Source: Octopus vulgaris
Lineage: Eukaryota
DNA: 64,000 bases
Reading direction: 5' to 3'
NCBI GenBank assembly: GCA_951406725.2
Contig: OX597835.1
Span: 23,312,001 to 23,376,000, forward strand
The stretch's first letter is position 1, and every line of letters begins with the position of its first letter. Under the pieces are notes generated by a model. It saw only the letters and a program-made list of their open reading frames with translations. It had not been told where the DNA came from and did no database searches. This document shows positions 36,900 to 48,421 of this stretch, one piece after another. A program made the translations under genes and the position numbers.

Positions 36900-39800
36900 A
36901 CTCTAGAATATCTGTATTTCTTTCCTCTACCTAATTACGTTACTCAGTGACGATAACGAATGTCCACTGCTAACACCAGCTCCTGCCCACGGCGTGGTCA
37001 GGTTGGAAGAGAGATCAAAAGAAAAATACCACGATAACTATCACCACCACAACAACCCTCCTCTTCTCAGGCGCCGAATCCCCCCCGTCCCCCCACATCT
37101 CCTTCCCAGTTTTCAGAGTTGGCACTATCAATGTTGGTACATTGACAGGCAAGTCTAGTGAGATTGTAGAGATGCTAGAGAGAAGACAGGTTGATGTATG
37201 CTGCATACAAGAGGTAAGATGGAGAGATGCTTCGGCTAGGGTCCTCACGGGCAAGGCACTTAGGTACAAACTCTACTGGCAAGGTAACGCGGAAGGTGTA
37301 GGGGGTGTAGGCATTCTCCTTGCGGAGGAATGGGTGGATAAGGTCATAGAGGTTGTCAGGGTTTGTGATAGAGTGCTTAAGCTCAGGTTGGTCCTACAGA
37401 GTGGCACAGCTATGATTATCTCAGCCTATGCCCCACAAGCGGGACTACCAAATGATCAGAAGGACAACTTTTATGATACCCTTCTGCAGGCTACTTCAAA
37501 GACTAGTAACAAGGACCTCATCTTTGTAGGTGGATATTTTAATGGGCATGTTGGGCGGGAATCGGGTATCTTCACTGGGGTACATGGTGGCTATGGTATT
37601 GGCACCAGAAATGATGAGGGAACTAGACTGCTGGAATTCTGTGATGCATGTAACCTTTCAATCTGCAACACTAACTTCAAGAAGCCAGTCTGCCACCTTA
37701 TAACTTATCAGTCAGGAGACTCCGCTAGCCAAATAGACTTCATCCTCACCAGACAACGGGATGCAGGGTTGCTCTTGAATACAAAGACCCTCCCGGGTGA
37801 AGAATGTATCCCTCAGCATAGACTAATCATCAGTGACTTTAAGCTTGAGGCCAGAAGGACTCCAAGAAACAAACCAATCCAGAAAAGAAGGATTTGGAGG
37901 CTAAAGAACCCTTCGCATGGTCAGAAATTTAGGGACATACTCATCAAGAAATTTGATGAGAGGGAGGAGGAGCTTCAGACGTCAGACATAGAAGGTAGCT
38001 GGGAATTCCTACGGGACAGCTTGTTGAGTGCCACAGACCAAGTCTGTGGATGGTGCAAAGTCCCTTCCAGACCTAGAATTACGTGGTGGTGGAATAGTGC
38101 AGAAGATAAAGCCATCTGTGAAAAGAGACGGGCCTGGAAAGCCTGGAAGGATGGGGGCAGCAGGGAACTGTACCAGATAGCCAAAAGGGAGGCTGGGCGG
38201 CAGGTATACATTGCCAAAGATGTAGCAGAAAAGAAGAAGTTTGCCAGTGTCCAGCGTCGCGAGGATCAAAGAGCTGAAGTATTTCGGATTGCCAGACAGT
38301 GTGTCAGAGAAAATAGCGATGTTATAGGAGAGAAATGTGTCCGCATGGATGATGGGGCACTTGCTTTTACTACTAGTGAAAAGAAAGAGGCTTGGAGAAG
38401 CCATTATGAAAGACTGCTGAATGAGGAGAATGAATGGGAGGAGGAGAGCCTGCCAAATATTGACCCAGTAGAGGGACCAGCTACCCGAATAGACAGCTCC
38501 CTTGTAGATAAGGCAATTAAGGATATGAAACCAGGCAAAGCCCCTGGCCTATCAGGAATCACTGCTGAGATGCTTAAAACAGCTGGCTATGTGGGCTATG
38601 CCATAGTCACCCGCATTGTAAACCAGGTAGTTCACAATGGAGTCATACCCAATGACTGGTGCAGCAGCACCATAGTCAACTGCTACAAGGGTAAGGGTGA
38701 TGCTCTAGATAGAAATAACTACAGAGGTATCAAACTGTTGGACCAGGTGATGAAGGTCTCAGAGAAGGTCATAACCAATCTCATTAGGGAGAGAATTTGT
38801 TTAGATGAAATGCAGTTCGGTTTTGTACCAGGTAGAAGCACCACTGATGCTATATTCCTGGTCCGATAACTGCAGGAGAAGTACCTAGCTAAAGATAAAC
38901 CCCTCTACATAGCTTTTGTAGACTTGGAGAAAGCCTTTGACAGGGTTCCCCGTTCCCTTATCTGGTGGTCGATGCGGAAACTGGAGATTGAAGAATGGCT
39001 AATAAGGGCTGTACAGGCTCTATACAGAGAGGCTGTCAGCAAGGTTAGGATTGGCAACGAATATAGTGAAGAATCCGGGTAGAAGTAGGTGTGCACCAGG
39101 GCTCAGCCCTCAGTCCCCTTTTATTCATCATAGTCCTTCAGGCAATAACAGAGGAATTCAAAACGGGATGCCCCTGGGAGCTCCTCTATGCCGATGACCT
39201 AGCTCTCATAGCAGAATCACTACCGGAACTAGAAGAGAAATTTCGGGTGTGGAAGCAAGGGTTGGAATCAAAGGGCCTTAGAATAAATGTAGCAAAGACC
39301 AAAGTATTAGTAAGCAGCAAGAGGTACTCAGCACACATCCCCTCGGGTAGGTGGCCCTGCTCAACCTGTAGGAAAGGTACAGGTAGAAACTCCATAAGAT
39401 GCACCCAATGTAAGTTATGGACACATAAGAGGTGCAGCAACATTAAAGGGAAATTAACAGATAAGATAGCTTTCATGTGCGGCAGATGCACAGGGACAAT
39501 AGACACAACAGACACTCAGAAAACAGATTCCATCACACTCCAGGGAGAGAAACTAGAAGTAGTTGATAGTTTCCGCTACCTGGGTGACCAAGTTAGTAGC
39601 GGAGGTGGATGCACAGAGAGTATCACCACTAGAATACGAATAGCCTGGGCAAAGTTCAGAAAGCTCCTACCCCTACTGGCAACAAAAGGTCTCTCCCTCA
39701 GAGCAAAAGGTAGATTGTATGATGCATGTGTGCGAACTGCCATGCTTCACGGTAATGAAACTTGGGCTGTGACTGCAGAAGACATGCGTAGACTTGAAAG

Positions 39801-40525
39801 AAATGAAGCTAGCATGATCCGCTGGATGTGTAGTGTCAGTGTGCACGCAAGACAGAGTGTAAGCATCCTGAGAGAAATGCTGGATATAAGAAGCATCAGA
39901 TGTGGTGTGCAAGAGCGACGCTTGCGATGGTATGGTCATGTGCTGCGGATGGATGAAGAGAGATGTGTGAAGAAGTGCCACTCCCAAACAGTTGAAGGTA
40001 TCAGGGGGAGAGGTAGACCCAGGAAGACATGGGATGAGGTGGTCAAGCATGACCTCAGAGCATTGGGCCTCACTGAGGCAATGGCGAAGGACCGAGATCT
40101 CTGGAGATATGCTGTGACTACAAAGACCCGGGCTGCTTTCTGCAGCAATTCCACATACCCCCTACCCATTCTAAGTACCCCGGATCCCCAAAGTACCCTG
40201 GATCCCCAAAGTACCCCGATCCCCAAAGTACCCCGATCCCCAAAGTACCCCGGACCTCGTTGCCCCCGTGCCGCTGACACGTTAAAATGCTCGAACCGAT
40301 CGTGACCGATGTCGGACCCTCCGGCCCCTGTGCAGGTGGCACGTAAAAAGCACCCAATCCACTCACAGAGTGGTTGGCGTTAGGAAGGGCATCCAGCCGT
40401 AGAAACTCTGCCAGATTCAGACTGGAGCCTGGAGCGGCCCCTGGCTTCCCAGACCCGGTCGAACCGTCCAACCCGTGCTAGCGCGGAAAGCAGACGTTAA
40501 ACGATGATGATGATGATGATGATGA
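36900..40525 (+). mobile_element. Near full-length RTE-clade LINE (APE endonuclease, RT, PHD-like finger), inactivated
   Basis: RVGTINV, CIQEVRW, SAYAPQ, IDFIL and QHRL (APE). NYRGIKL, DLEKAFD, QGSALSP and YADD (RT). TAA at 38867-69 and a frameshift near 39075. (GAT)n tail. The 5' boundary is uncertain. Confidence 0.92.
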
Positions 40526-40572
40526 TATATATATATATATATGTGTGTGTGTATATGTATATATGTATATTA

Positions 40573-40654
<82 letters not shown>

Positions 40655-40656
<2 letters not shown>

Positions 40657-40940
40657 TGGAGGCGCAATGGCCCAGTGGTTGGGGCAGCGGACTCGCGGTT
40701 TCGATTCCCAGACCGGGCGTTGTGAGTGTTTATTGAGCAAAAACACCTAAAAGCTCCACGAGGCTCCGGCAGGGGGGGGTGATCCCTGCTGTACTCTTTC
40801 ACCACTCTTTCTTCTGTTGGCCTGCTCGCTTAGCCAGCGATGTGGCGTCATTTGAAGGCTATTGTGACACAATAGCATGTATATATAGATAGATGTGTAA
40901 CAACATCTGATGGTCTGGTCCGTCACGTGATCACGTGATA
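40655..40940 (+). mobile_element. tRNA-derived SINE of a third family
   Basis: tggcccagtgg / gtttcgattccc A/B-box-like head. Inserted in (TA)n. Confidence 0.6.
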
Positions 40941-40982
40941 TATGTGACGGACCAGACCATCAGATGTTGTTACACATCTATC

Positions 40983-41018
<36 letters not shown>

Positions 41019-42825
41019 TAAATATAGATATGTATATATATATATATATACTTACAGAAAAGTATGCTATTAAAACGAATTATCATTTATATGCTTTTTT
41101 GTAAATCACTGTGGATAAATACCAGCAATGACCTTCTCAGGCCCGCCAATATTTTGTAAACAAAAATAATGGGGTGGGGTAGGAAATAATGTTGCAAAAA
41201 AAATCATAATTTTTCAAATGTTTTTTTAATAGCATATAAATGAACTTATGGGGAGAAAAATATTGACAAACATCAATACATTCGAGACTGAGAAAGAAAC
41301 GAGAAGGGTTGTCTTAGGATGTGCTAAAAACAACAGCCAAATAAATCTCTCTTAAATCACTCACTTTTTCCTCTGAAAATATTAACAATTTTTAAATATT
41401 TTTGTTACCGGAAAGGTTCCTCCCATGGTTTTGAAGAGCAAAAACACTGGCGAAAATCGGTCATAAAATTCCCCCACCTACTACCTTAAAAAAAAACTTG
41501 GGAAAATCCCATTCAAAACAGAGTAGTTTCCACTTATTTGGTCTTTCTGTTTCGAAACTCTTCTCCTCGCCTACTCAGAAAAAAATTTTCCCGCAAATTT
41601 CTTTAGAATCATAATCTATACCGTTTGAAAGGTATTTCCATAAAATTTCATCGAAAGATATCCATTTTCCTAAAAGTTATGAGGGGAAAAAAAAGTCAGA
41701 TCGTGTGAATTTTCCGAAACTATGCTCCCTACATCCTCAGAAAAAATGTTGCCCATAAATCCCTATATATTCTGAATCCACAGCATTTAAGCGGTATTTG
41801 TTGAAATTTTCGTTAAAAAGTATCCATTTTTCTGGAAGTTATGAGGCAACAAAGTCGGCGAGTGGTACACATCTGTAGGTATGACTTCCCCTCTGCGCAC
41901 GCGCGAGCGAGCGTGCATGTGTGTGTGTGTGTGTGTGTGTGTGTTGATATACGTCCAGATTTTTTTACACATATATATATGTATATATATCATCGGCAGA
42001 AGTTAGAGAATAAGTCAAAAGCTGAGAGTTTCGTGTATTGGCACTTATCAAACACGCATTTAGCCATTGTCACTCTGTAATTTCTGCCTAATATTGTGGG
42101 GGAATGGACGGACGGACGGATTGACACATTCTCATATTTGTTGCTATAAAAACATCTCTGGTTACCAAAGAAGGGTTTTTTTTAGGGGAGATTTTCAGTT
42201 TAAATTTTTCTGTTGACGAAGATACATCGTTTTGTCAATGGACCCGGAAGTTGTTCGCAAACAGCCACAGTAACTTTCGTCAGCTGAATACTCATCATTG
42301 ATTGGTTAAAATTACCCAAATATAACTTTAACACGAAGTAACTTCTAAAATACAAAATTTTGTCAAAAACGTTAAGAGTAAACCCTGTTCAACTTGAGAC
42401 ATTCAACCAGTATCAGAAGTTTCAAACTGTTTAGTTTAAAAAGATTAATTTAAAAACGTGTGCTTGAGATCGATAATTACAAACATGGCGTATAAAGATA
42501 TCTTATTTTCATAGTATTTTTATCAATACTATTCCGTAAATGTTTTTCTTGTGACCCACCCATTTTCCACTTTTTAGACAGCGGGATGAGGTGGAGAGGG
42601 GTATATGAATCAATTTTGGAGTTTCCTCATAGAAAATTTGAAATTTTGGCATATTCAGAATCTCCGTCATCGAAAATACTAATCAGCTTGAAAAGAATTT
42701 CAAAACAAAAAGGTCGATTTTATAATAAATCAAAAAACAAAAATAAACAAGCTTTTGACGGTCTTGAAGCTATTTCAAAATTATGATGCTAGGTGTTTCC
42801 ATTATTTTGTCCAACCCCTGCATAT

Positions 42826-42874
<49 letters not shown>

Positions 42875-42875
<1 letters not shown>

Positions 42876-43281
42876 TAGCAGTATCGCCCGGCGTTGCTCG
42901 GGTTTGTAAGGGAATTAACTATATAAGCATTTTTAGAGAAATGCGTACACCTGTTGGCGTCCATGGTTACGCCTACACCTGTGTTGCTTCTCCCCCTTCT
43001 TCCCTCTCTCGTGAAGCTGTGGGGAAGGGAGTGTAAGGGAAATCAACGTCGTAAAGCGTTGTCAAGGAGACCAGCGTTCTTTTAGAACAACGACTTCATG
43101 GCTTCAAGACACCAAAACAGAAAATGTCTACGATGAGTCAACGATTTAAAAAAAAATTTACCATAAATTTTTTTCTGTTTTCAATGCATTTTTTTTTGCT
43201 ATTTTTTGGCTATAACTCTCTAAAAATGCTTATATAGTTATTTCCCTTACAAACCCGAGCAACGCCGGGCGATACTGCTAA
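42875..43281. mobile_element. Helitron-derived element with two outward-facing 3' ends
   Basis: About 65-bp inverted ends, both matching the 3' terminus (hairpin + CTAG) of the Helitron at 61262-61642. Confidence 0.7.
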
Positions 43282-43445
43282 TATATATATATAGAATGGT
43301 TGTATACTGTCAATCTAACAAGAACGTGACAGTAGGGGGTACACCACCGCTGTATAGCCCTAGGAAGCATCGAACGCCTCCTGATGGCTTGGACACATTT
43401 TTCCCTGTGTCCTTATATACATTTACGAAGGGGAGACAAACACCC

Positions 43446-43530
43446 CCGGCTGCCGGAACTGCATCTAGGGACACGTGTTTCAGGATCGTTGTCCTTCATC
43501 GGCCTAGAGTAGCAGACACCGGTCAGCCGG
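43446..43530 (-). ncRNA. Type I hammerhead ribozyme with extended stem I, predicted cleavage between 43470 and 43469
   Basis: UCUAGG-CCGAUGA-AGGA(CAACGA)UCCU-GAAA-CACGUG-UC^CCUAGA. Stem I extends via CUGC/GCAG, CCGG/CCGG and CCGGCUG/CAGCCGG. U4 is replaced by C. Confidence 0.8.
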
Positions 43531-43729
43531 TGATATTATATCTTTATTATGGGCACGATGGCCCGAATGCAGAGGGGACATTACAAGACGGGACGTGGGG
43601 TACATAAAGTAAAAAATAAAATATGAAATGAAGATGAATTATGTGTAATGAGTTGGATGGAACGGCTTACGAGCCCCCCAAAACTCGCAGTTTCGTTTAA
43701 AATACAATTTTACATTTTAACATTACATA

Positions 43730-45019
43730 CGAGGGGCGTTCAATATGTAATGCCCCTGACCCACTTCCCATAGCAGTAGAGCAACGAAACTTGGCACAGT
43801 TATTAGTCTTTTTCTACCTAGGAACCACCCAGAGTTACGCATTTCTCTCATCGTGTGATGCAGCTCTGGAGACCGTTTTTGTAGAAGACCCCAGCTTGGT
43901 CCTTCAACCACGACGTGACTTCAGAAATCAAGGCTGCATCATTTGGAAAACACTTTCCTTTCAAAAACAACTTCATGGCTGGGAAGAGGTGAAAATCAGA
44001 GGGTGCAAGGTCAGGAGAGTAGGAGGATGGGGGAGGAGTTCATAGCCGCACGCCTGTGCTTCTGATCTGGCGACAGCGAGTTGTGGACCGGAGCGTTGTC
44101 CTGCAGGAGGAGGATGCCTTTGCTGATCTTGTCCCGCCTCTTGATTTTGATAGCTTCTCTTAATTTCCTCAAAAGTGAAGCATAATATGCTCCTATAATT
44201 GTGGTACCCTTTGCCAGGAAATCTATCATCACTACTCCGTCCTGGTCCCAGAAGACTGTGAGCATGACCTTGCCAGCGGAGCGCTGCACCCTTGCCTTCT
44301 TTGGAGGAGGTGAGTCACGGTGCTTCCACTGCATTGACTGGGCTTTGGTCTCTGGATCATAGTGATGGACCCAGGTTTCATCCTGTGTAATCAGTCTTTT
44401 GAAAAAATTTGACTCATCTTCTTGGCATATCCCCAAATTCATCCTCGAGCACTCAAAGCGTTCTTGCTTCTGGAAAGATGTGAGCAACCTGGGAATCCAT
44501 CTGGCAGACACCTTTTGCATATGCAAATTGTCATGAATGATAGTTTCCACAGACCCGGTACTAATCTTGACCTCATGGGCTATTTGGCGAATAGTTATGC
44601 GTCGATCTTCCAAAATGGCAGCCTCAACTTGACGGACAGATGCCTCATCAATGGAAGAAGGGGGCGACCAGATCTGGGAGCTGTTTCCACAGAGTTCCGA
44701 CCATGTTTGAATTCATGATGCCAGCGTTTTACAAGGTCATATGATGGGGCATCATCACCATAAGTTACTTTCATTTCATCAAAAGTCTCCCGTGGTGTGC
44801 GTCCTTTCAAATATAAAAACCGGATCACTGCTCGACACTCAACAGGCTCCATTTCACACTTGACTCAGTTCAAACACCTGTAAATCTGAAACCACAATTA
44901 GTTCAGAGCTGTAATTTTCCCCTTAATCTATAGAGATATAAGCAATTGCACATGCAAAATTTCAGCTAGATCAAACAATTGCAAGTAGGTCAGAGGCATT
45001 ACTTATTGAACGTCCCTCG
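43730..45019 (-). mobile_element. Mariner transposon, 1290 bp, frameshifted DD34D transposase
   Basis: TA TSDs at 43728-29 and 45020-21. TIRs cgaggg.cgttcaata.gtaatgcc. Motifs WIPRLL, TQDETW, LQDNA and YSPDLAPSD, with ATG at 44852. Confidence 0.95.
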
Positions 45020-45034
45020 TATATTCCAGTTCTT

Positions 45035-46396
45035 TTATATTGGACGTTCGTCCGTCATATACTCTATCAATTCCATCTGGTCTATCACATTTGGCAAATT
45101 GTCATAACGTACGTATTGCGCTACATAAACAGCATTAAATATCCTTTTCAATTTTGTAAATGTCTCTTTTTCTATAACTACCCCTTTCACATTGTCACCA
45201 TACAGTTTTGGCAACTTCACCCTGTTCAATACTTTCCTACCTGCAAGTCTTTTTTCCACTTCTGTGTCTTTGATATACATCACGAATGCTTTCAGGTTTT
45301 TTCCTACAGGTCTTCTTCCCTTTTTACAAGCTTCCAACTGCTCTTTCACTTTTGTCTCCCATTCTTGGTCAGCCTCTGTCATTGTCTGCTCTCTCGCCTT
45401 CTCTTTTACTTCCTTGTCTTTGCATGTTCTCTCTTCTTTTTCTTCTGTTATCTTGCTTTTGATTTTTTTCTTTTTTAGAACTTTCGGTGGTGATTCCACC
45501 CTTGTTCTCTTCCTATCTTCTGTTCTTTCATCCTCTGCACTTGCACGTTCTTCTTCCACATCCTCAATTAGCTGCTCCTCCGTTTGCGCTTCCACTGCTT
45601 TCGTTTCCTCCTGCACTTCTCCCTCCTCCACACACGTATCTTTCCACTCCTTCGTTACAGCCTCCGGTGCTATCGTTTTCTCCAGCGGGCACACATCCTT
45701 CATGTGGCCTCTTAATTTGCAATTATAACAGACTGGGGGTCTTCCCTCTACCACGACTCTAAACCGTGTCTCATCAGGGAAGACCAACTCCTCCGGGATG
45801 TTGTACAGGTCTGGCATGGTTATATGTGCCAGAACCTGCACCGCATATCCCCACCATTTAACTTCTGTTGACTTCTCCACCTTCAACACTTCTACACTTT
45901 CCTTGCAGTTGAAAACTACTGCCGCTAATATCCTCTCCATGTTAAGTTCGGGCGAAATCCTACTAATTCTTATTCTGACTGCCCTCTTTCCGCAGTAACT
46001 AGGTAATAAAGTCCAACTTTCAGATTTCAGAATCTTTGTCGCATTCTTTCTTGCTTCATTTTCATTTTTAAAGTGTACCACCACTGTGGCATATTTCCAT
46101 CCTCTGTTGAAAAAGGTAGGTTCACCCTCAATTCCTTGCAGACATTTCTCTATTTCTTCCGTCTCTGCTACTTCTATTTTTCTTGACGCCACACACCATG
46201 TCCTGTATGTTATCATACGTTTCTCCGCATTGTTTTCTTCTTCTTCGGACGGTGTGACTCTCACGCAGTTACCCTCCCACTTCAAACTGTCGAAATATTT
46301 TTCTAAAGTCTTCTTCTCGACTACCACTTCTTCCATTTCTAGTTCACTCGCAACCAGGCCTCTGCCTGCTGCTCTCGCATACGTCTGGTCTTGCAT
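45035..46396 (-). CDS. LINE-ORF1/Gag-like nucleic-acid-binding protein (453 aa from the first ATG): RRM-like region, CCHC zinc knuckle, E/K-rich tail
   Basis: Uninterrupted ORF with an N-terminal TYARAA motif, VVVEGRPPVCYNCKLRGHMKDVCP (CX2CX4HX4C) and a basic RKR...KKKKIK patch. Confidence 0.85.
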   Translation of the reverse strand: MQDQTYARAAGRGLVASELEMEEVVVEKKTLEKYFDSLKWEGNCVRVTPSEEEENNAEKRMITYRTWCVASRKIEVAETEEIEKCLQGIEGEPTFFNRGWKYATVVVHFKNENEARKNATKILKSESWTLLPSYCGKRAVRIRISRISPELNMERILAAVVFNCKESVEVLKVEKSTEVKWWGYAVQVLAHITMPDLYNIPEELVFPDETRFRVVVEGRPPVCYNCKLRGHMKDVCPLEKTIAPEAVTKEWKDTCVEEGEVQEETKAVEAQTEEQLIEDVEEERASAEDERTEDRKRTRVESPPKVLKKKKIKSKITEEKEERTCKDKEVKEKAREQTMTEADQEWETKVKEQLEACKKGRRPVGKNLKAFVMYIKDTEVEKRLAGRKVLNRVKLPKLYGDNVKGVVIEKETFTKLKRIFNAVYVAQYVRYDNLPNVIDQMELIEYMTDERPI

Positions 46397-46793
46397 TTTC
46401 AAAATCTCCGACTCCAAAAAACATAGGTCGGCTGGTGATATTTGCTTCGACTTCACTATTGTATATATCTATATTCAGTGAAGTCTATTCACTGATTATC
46501 AAAATAAGAAATATTGAATTTCTAAATCTCTCGTAGAGACATGTACGGTGGTGGGGCGATAGAATGGTTGTATACTGTCAATCTAACAAGAACGTGACAG
46601 TATGGGGTACACCACCGCTGTATAGCCCTAGGAAGCATCGAACGCCTCCTGATGGCTTTGACACATTTTCCCCTGTGTCCCTATATACATTTACGAAGGG
46701 GAGACAAACACCCCCGGCTGCCGGAACTGCATCTATATATATATATGAAAAAACAAGTCAAGATAGAAAATGCTAAAATAATTTTATAAAGAA

Positions 46794-46841
46794 CATTTCA
46801 ATACCGGTTTCGGTCATTTTGAGACCTTTTCAACTGTAACG
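46794..46841 (-). ncRNA. Candidate minimal hammerhead (U3-A8 core) in a Penelope-like remnant
   Basis: CGUUACAG-UUGAAAA-GGUC(UCAAAAU)GACC-GAAA-CCGG-UA^UUGAAAUG. Confidence 0.55.
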
Positions 46842-46939
46842 ATTAAATAATTAAATTTAGAAAAATTAAAAGAAAAGTTTTTTTAAAGGAATATTTGTAT
46901 AGTGTTCAAATATAAGTGGCATTAGAGAGAGATAACTGA

Positions 46940-47385
46940 TTTTTTACTCGGTGTATGTGTATATGTATGTATGCATGTATGTGTGTGTGTGTGTGTATGT
47001 ATCTATGTATGTGTGTGTGTGTAAGTATGTGTGTGTGTATGTATGTATGTATGGCCGATTCATCGTAATTTTTTACTCGGTGTATGTGTATATGTATGTC
47101 TGCATGTATGTGTGTGTGTATGTTATGTATCTATGTATGTGTGTATGTGTATGTATGTATGTGTGTATGTATGTATGGTCGATTCAGTGTAATTTTTTAC
47201 TCGGTGTATGTGTATATGTATGTCTGCATGTATGTGTGTGTGTGTAAGTATGTGTGTGTGTATGTATGTATGTATGTATGTGTGTGTGTGTATGTATCTA
47301 TGTATGTGTGTGTGTGTATGTATGTATGTATGGCCGATTCATAGTAATTTTTTACTCGGTGTATGTGTATATGTATGTCTGTCTC
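46940..47385. repeat. Microsatellite-containing tandem repeat (ttttttactcggtgtatgtg... x4)
   Basis: Anchor recurs at about 46941, 47069, 47194 and 47348. Confidence 0.85.
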
Positions 47386-48421
47386 TTCGCACACACTAAC
47401 AGAAGCACTTCACTTACACAACATACTGTCTGTCTCCCACATCCCATCAAACACACACAGGCCGACTTCAAAGTGAAACCTTCTCGTCGTAAAATCGCTT
47501 CCTCTTAGTCTCTTTCGCTCTCATTACTTATGTAAAAAAATAAAAGTTTTTTACGGAAATCGACGGAAATCTGTGCTACTACAACCGAAACTATGCCAAA
47601 TTTTTTTCGGTCTCCTACATTTTAGGTGACAGAAATTACGAATATGCAAAAAAAAGTTGTTTAGTTCATCCCCCCTCTCTCCCCCCGCCCCAATTAAAAT
47701 TTTCAATTTTACTCTTAATCTTCTACTTTGTTCACTTTAAAGGGAGCGTAGCGAATTGACGAGCATATGAAAATCAAAATTATAAACAGACAACATTAAA
47801 GTGAAAACAATTTGCGTTTTACTTAAATAATTGTTTGCCTTAAATAATAATAATTTAATGTAAATACACACCATTTTATGAGAAACAAGCAATGTTTAAT
47901 AATTAACGTTATAAAGTTTAATAAGTGCTAAAAATTCACCCCCTCCCCCAATTTTAAATTTTGAACTTTTTCATCCATTTATTTATGTACCTGTCTATCT
48001 ATTTATCCCTGCCCATTTATTTATAAAATATATTTGTGAACTAAATGCGACGGTCCTGTAGAAGACAGTGTTACTTTTGTTTTTAGAACCAGGAAGACAT
48101 TCAGATCTATCTCTCTATACACATATCCATGTTTATGGAATTAAAAATTTTGAAAACGTGCTTTGTTGCATATTAGGAATGTCCGTCACCTAAAACACTC
48201 GGGAAAAAATTTCGGAAAAGTTCTAAATTTTAAATGCGGGGCGGGGATTTAAATTTTTTTTGTTTTTGCATATTCGTAATCTCCGACGTCTAAAACGTAG
48301 AAATCCGGAAAAAAATTTTTTCAAAAAAATGTATTTTTCAAGAGGAGTTGCAAAACTGAATTAGCCCCATCAATAAAATATTTTATAGAAATAAAAGGAA
48401 AGCAGTTATGAAAATATGTAA

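Larger units (their letters stand above)
43291..46735 (-). mobile_element. Direct-repeat-bounded, hammerhead-containing element encoding an ORF1-like protein, with no RT
   Basis: 177-bp direct repeats 43291-43467 and 46559-46735, (TA)n on both sides, a single ORF, and a hammerhead abutting the 3' repeat. Confidence 0.8.

Noticed and set aside
45116-46481. Plus-strand Ser/Phe-rich ORFs overlapping the ORF1-like gene (similarly inside NCAPD3)
   Set aside because: Antisense shadows of a Glu/Lys-rich coding strand.
43291-46735. Interpretation as a conventional LTR retrotransposon or TRIM
   Set aside because: The repeats lack TG...CA termini, and I see no PBS, PPT or discrete TSD. The repeat boundary coincides with a hammerhead cleavage site instead.
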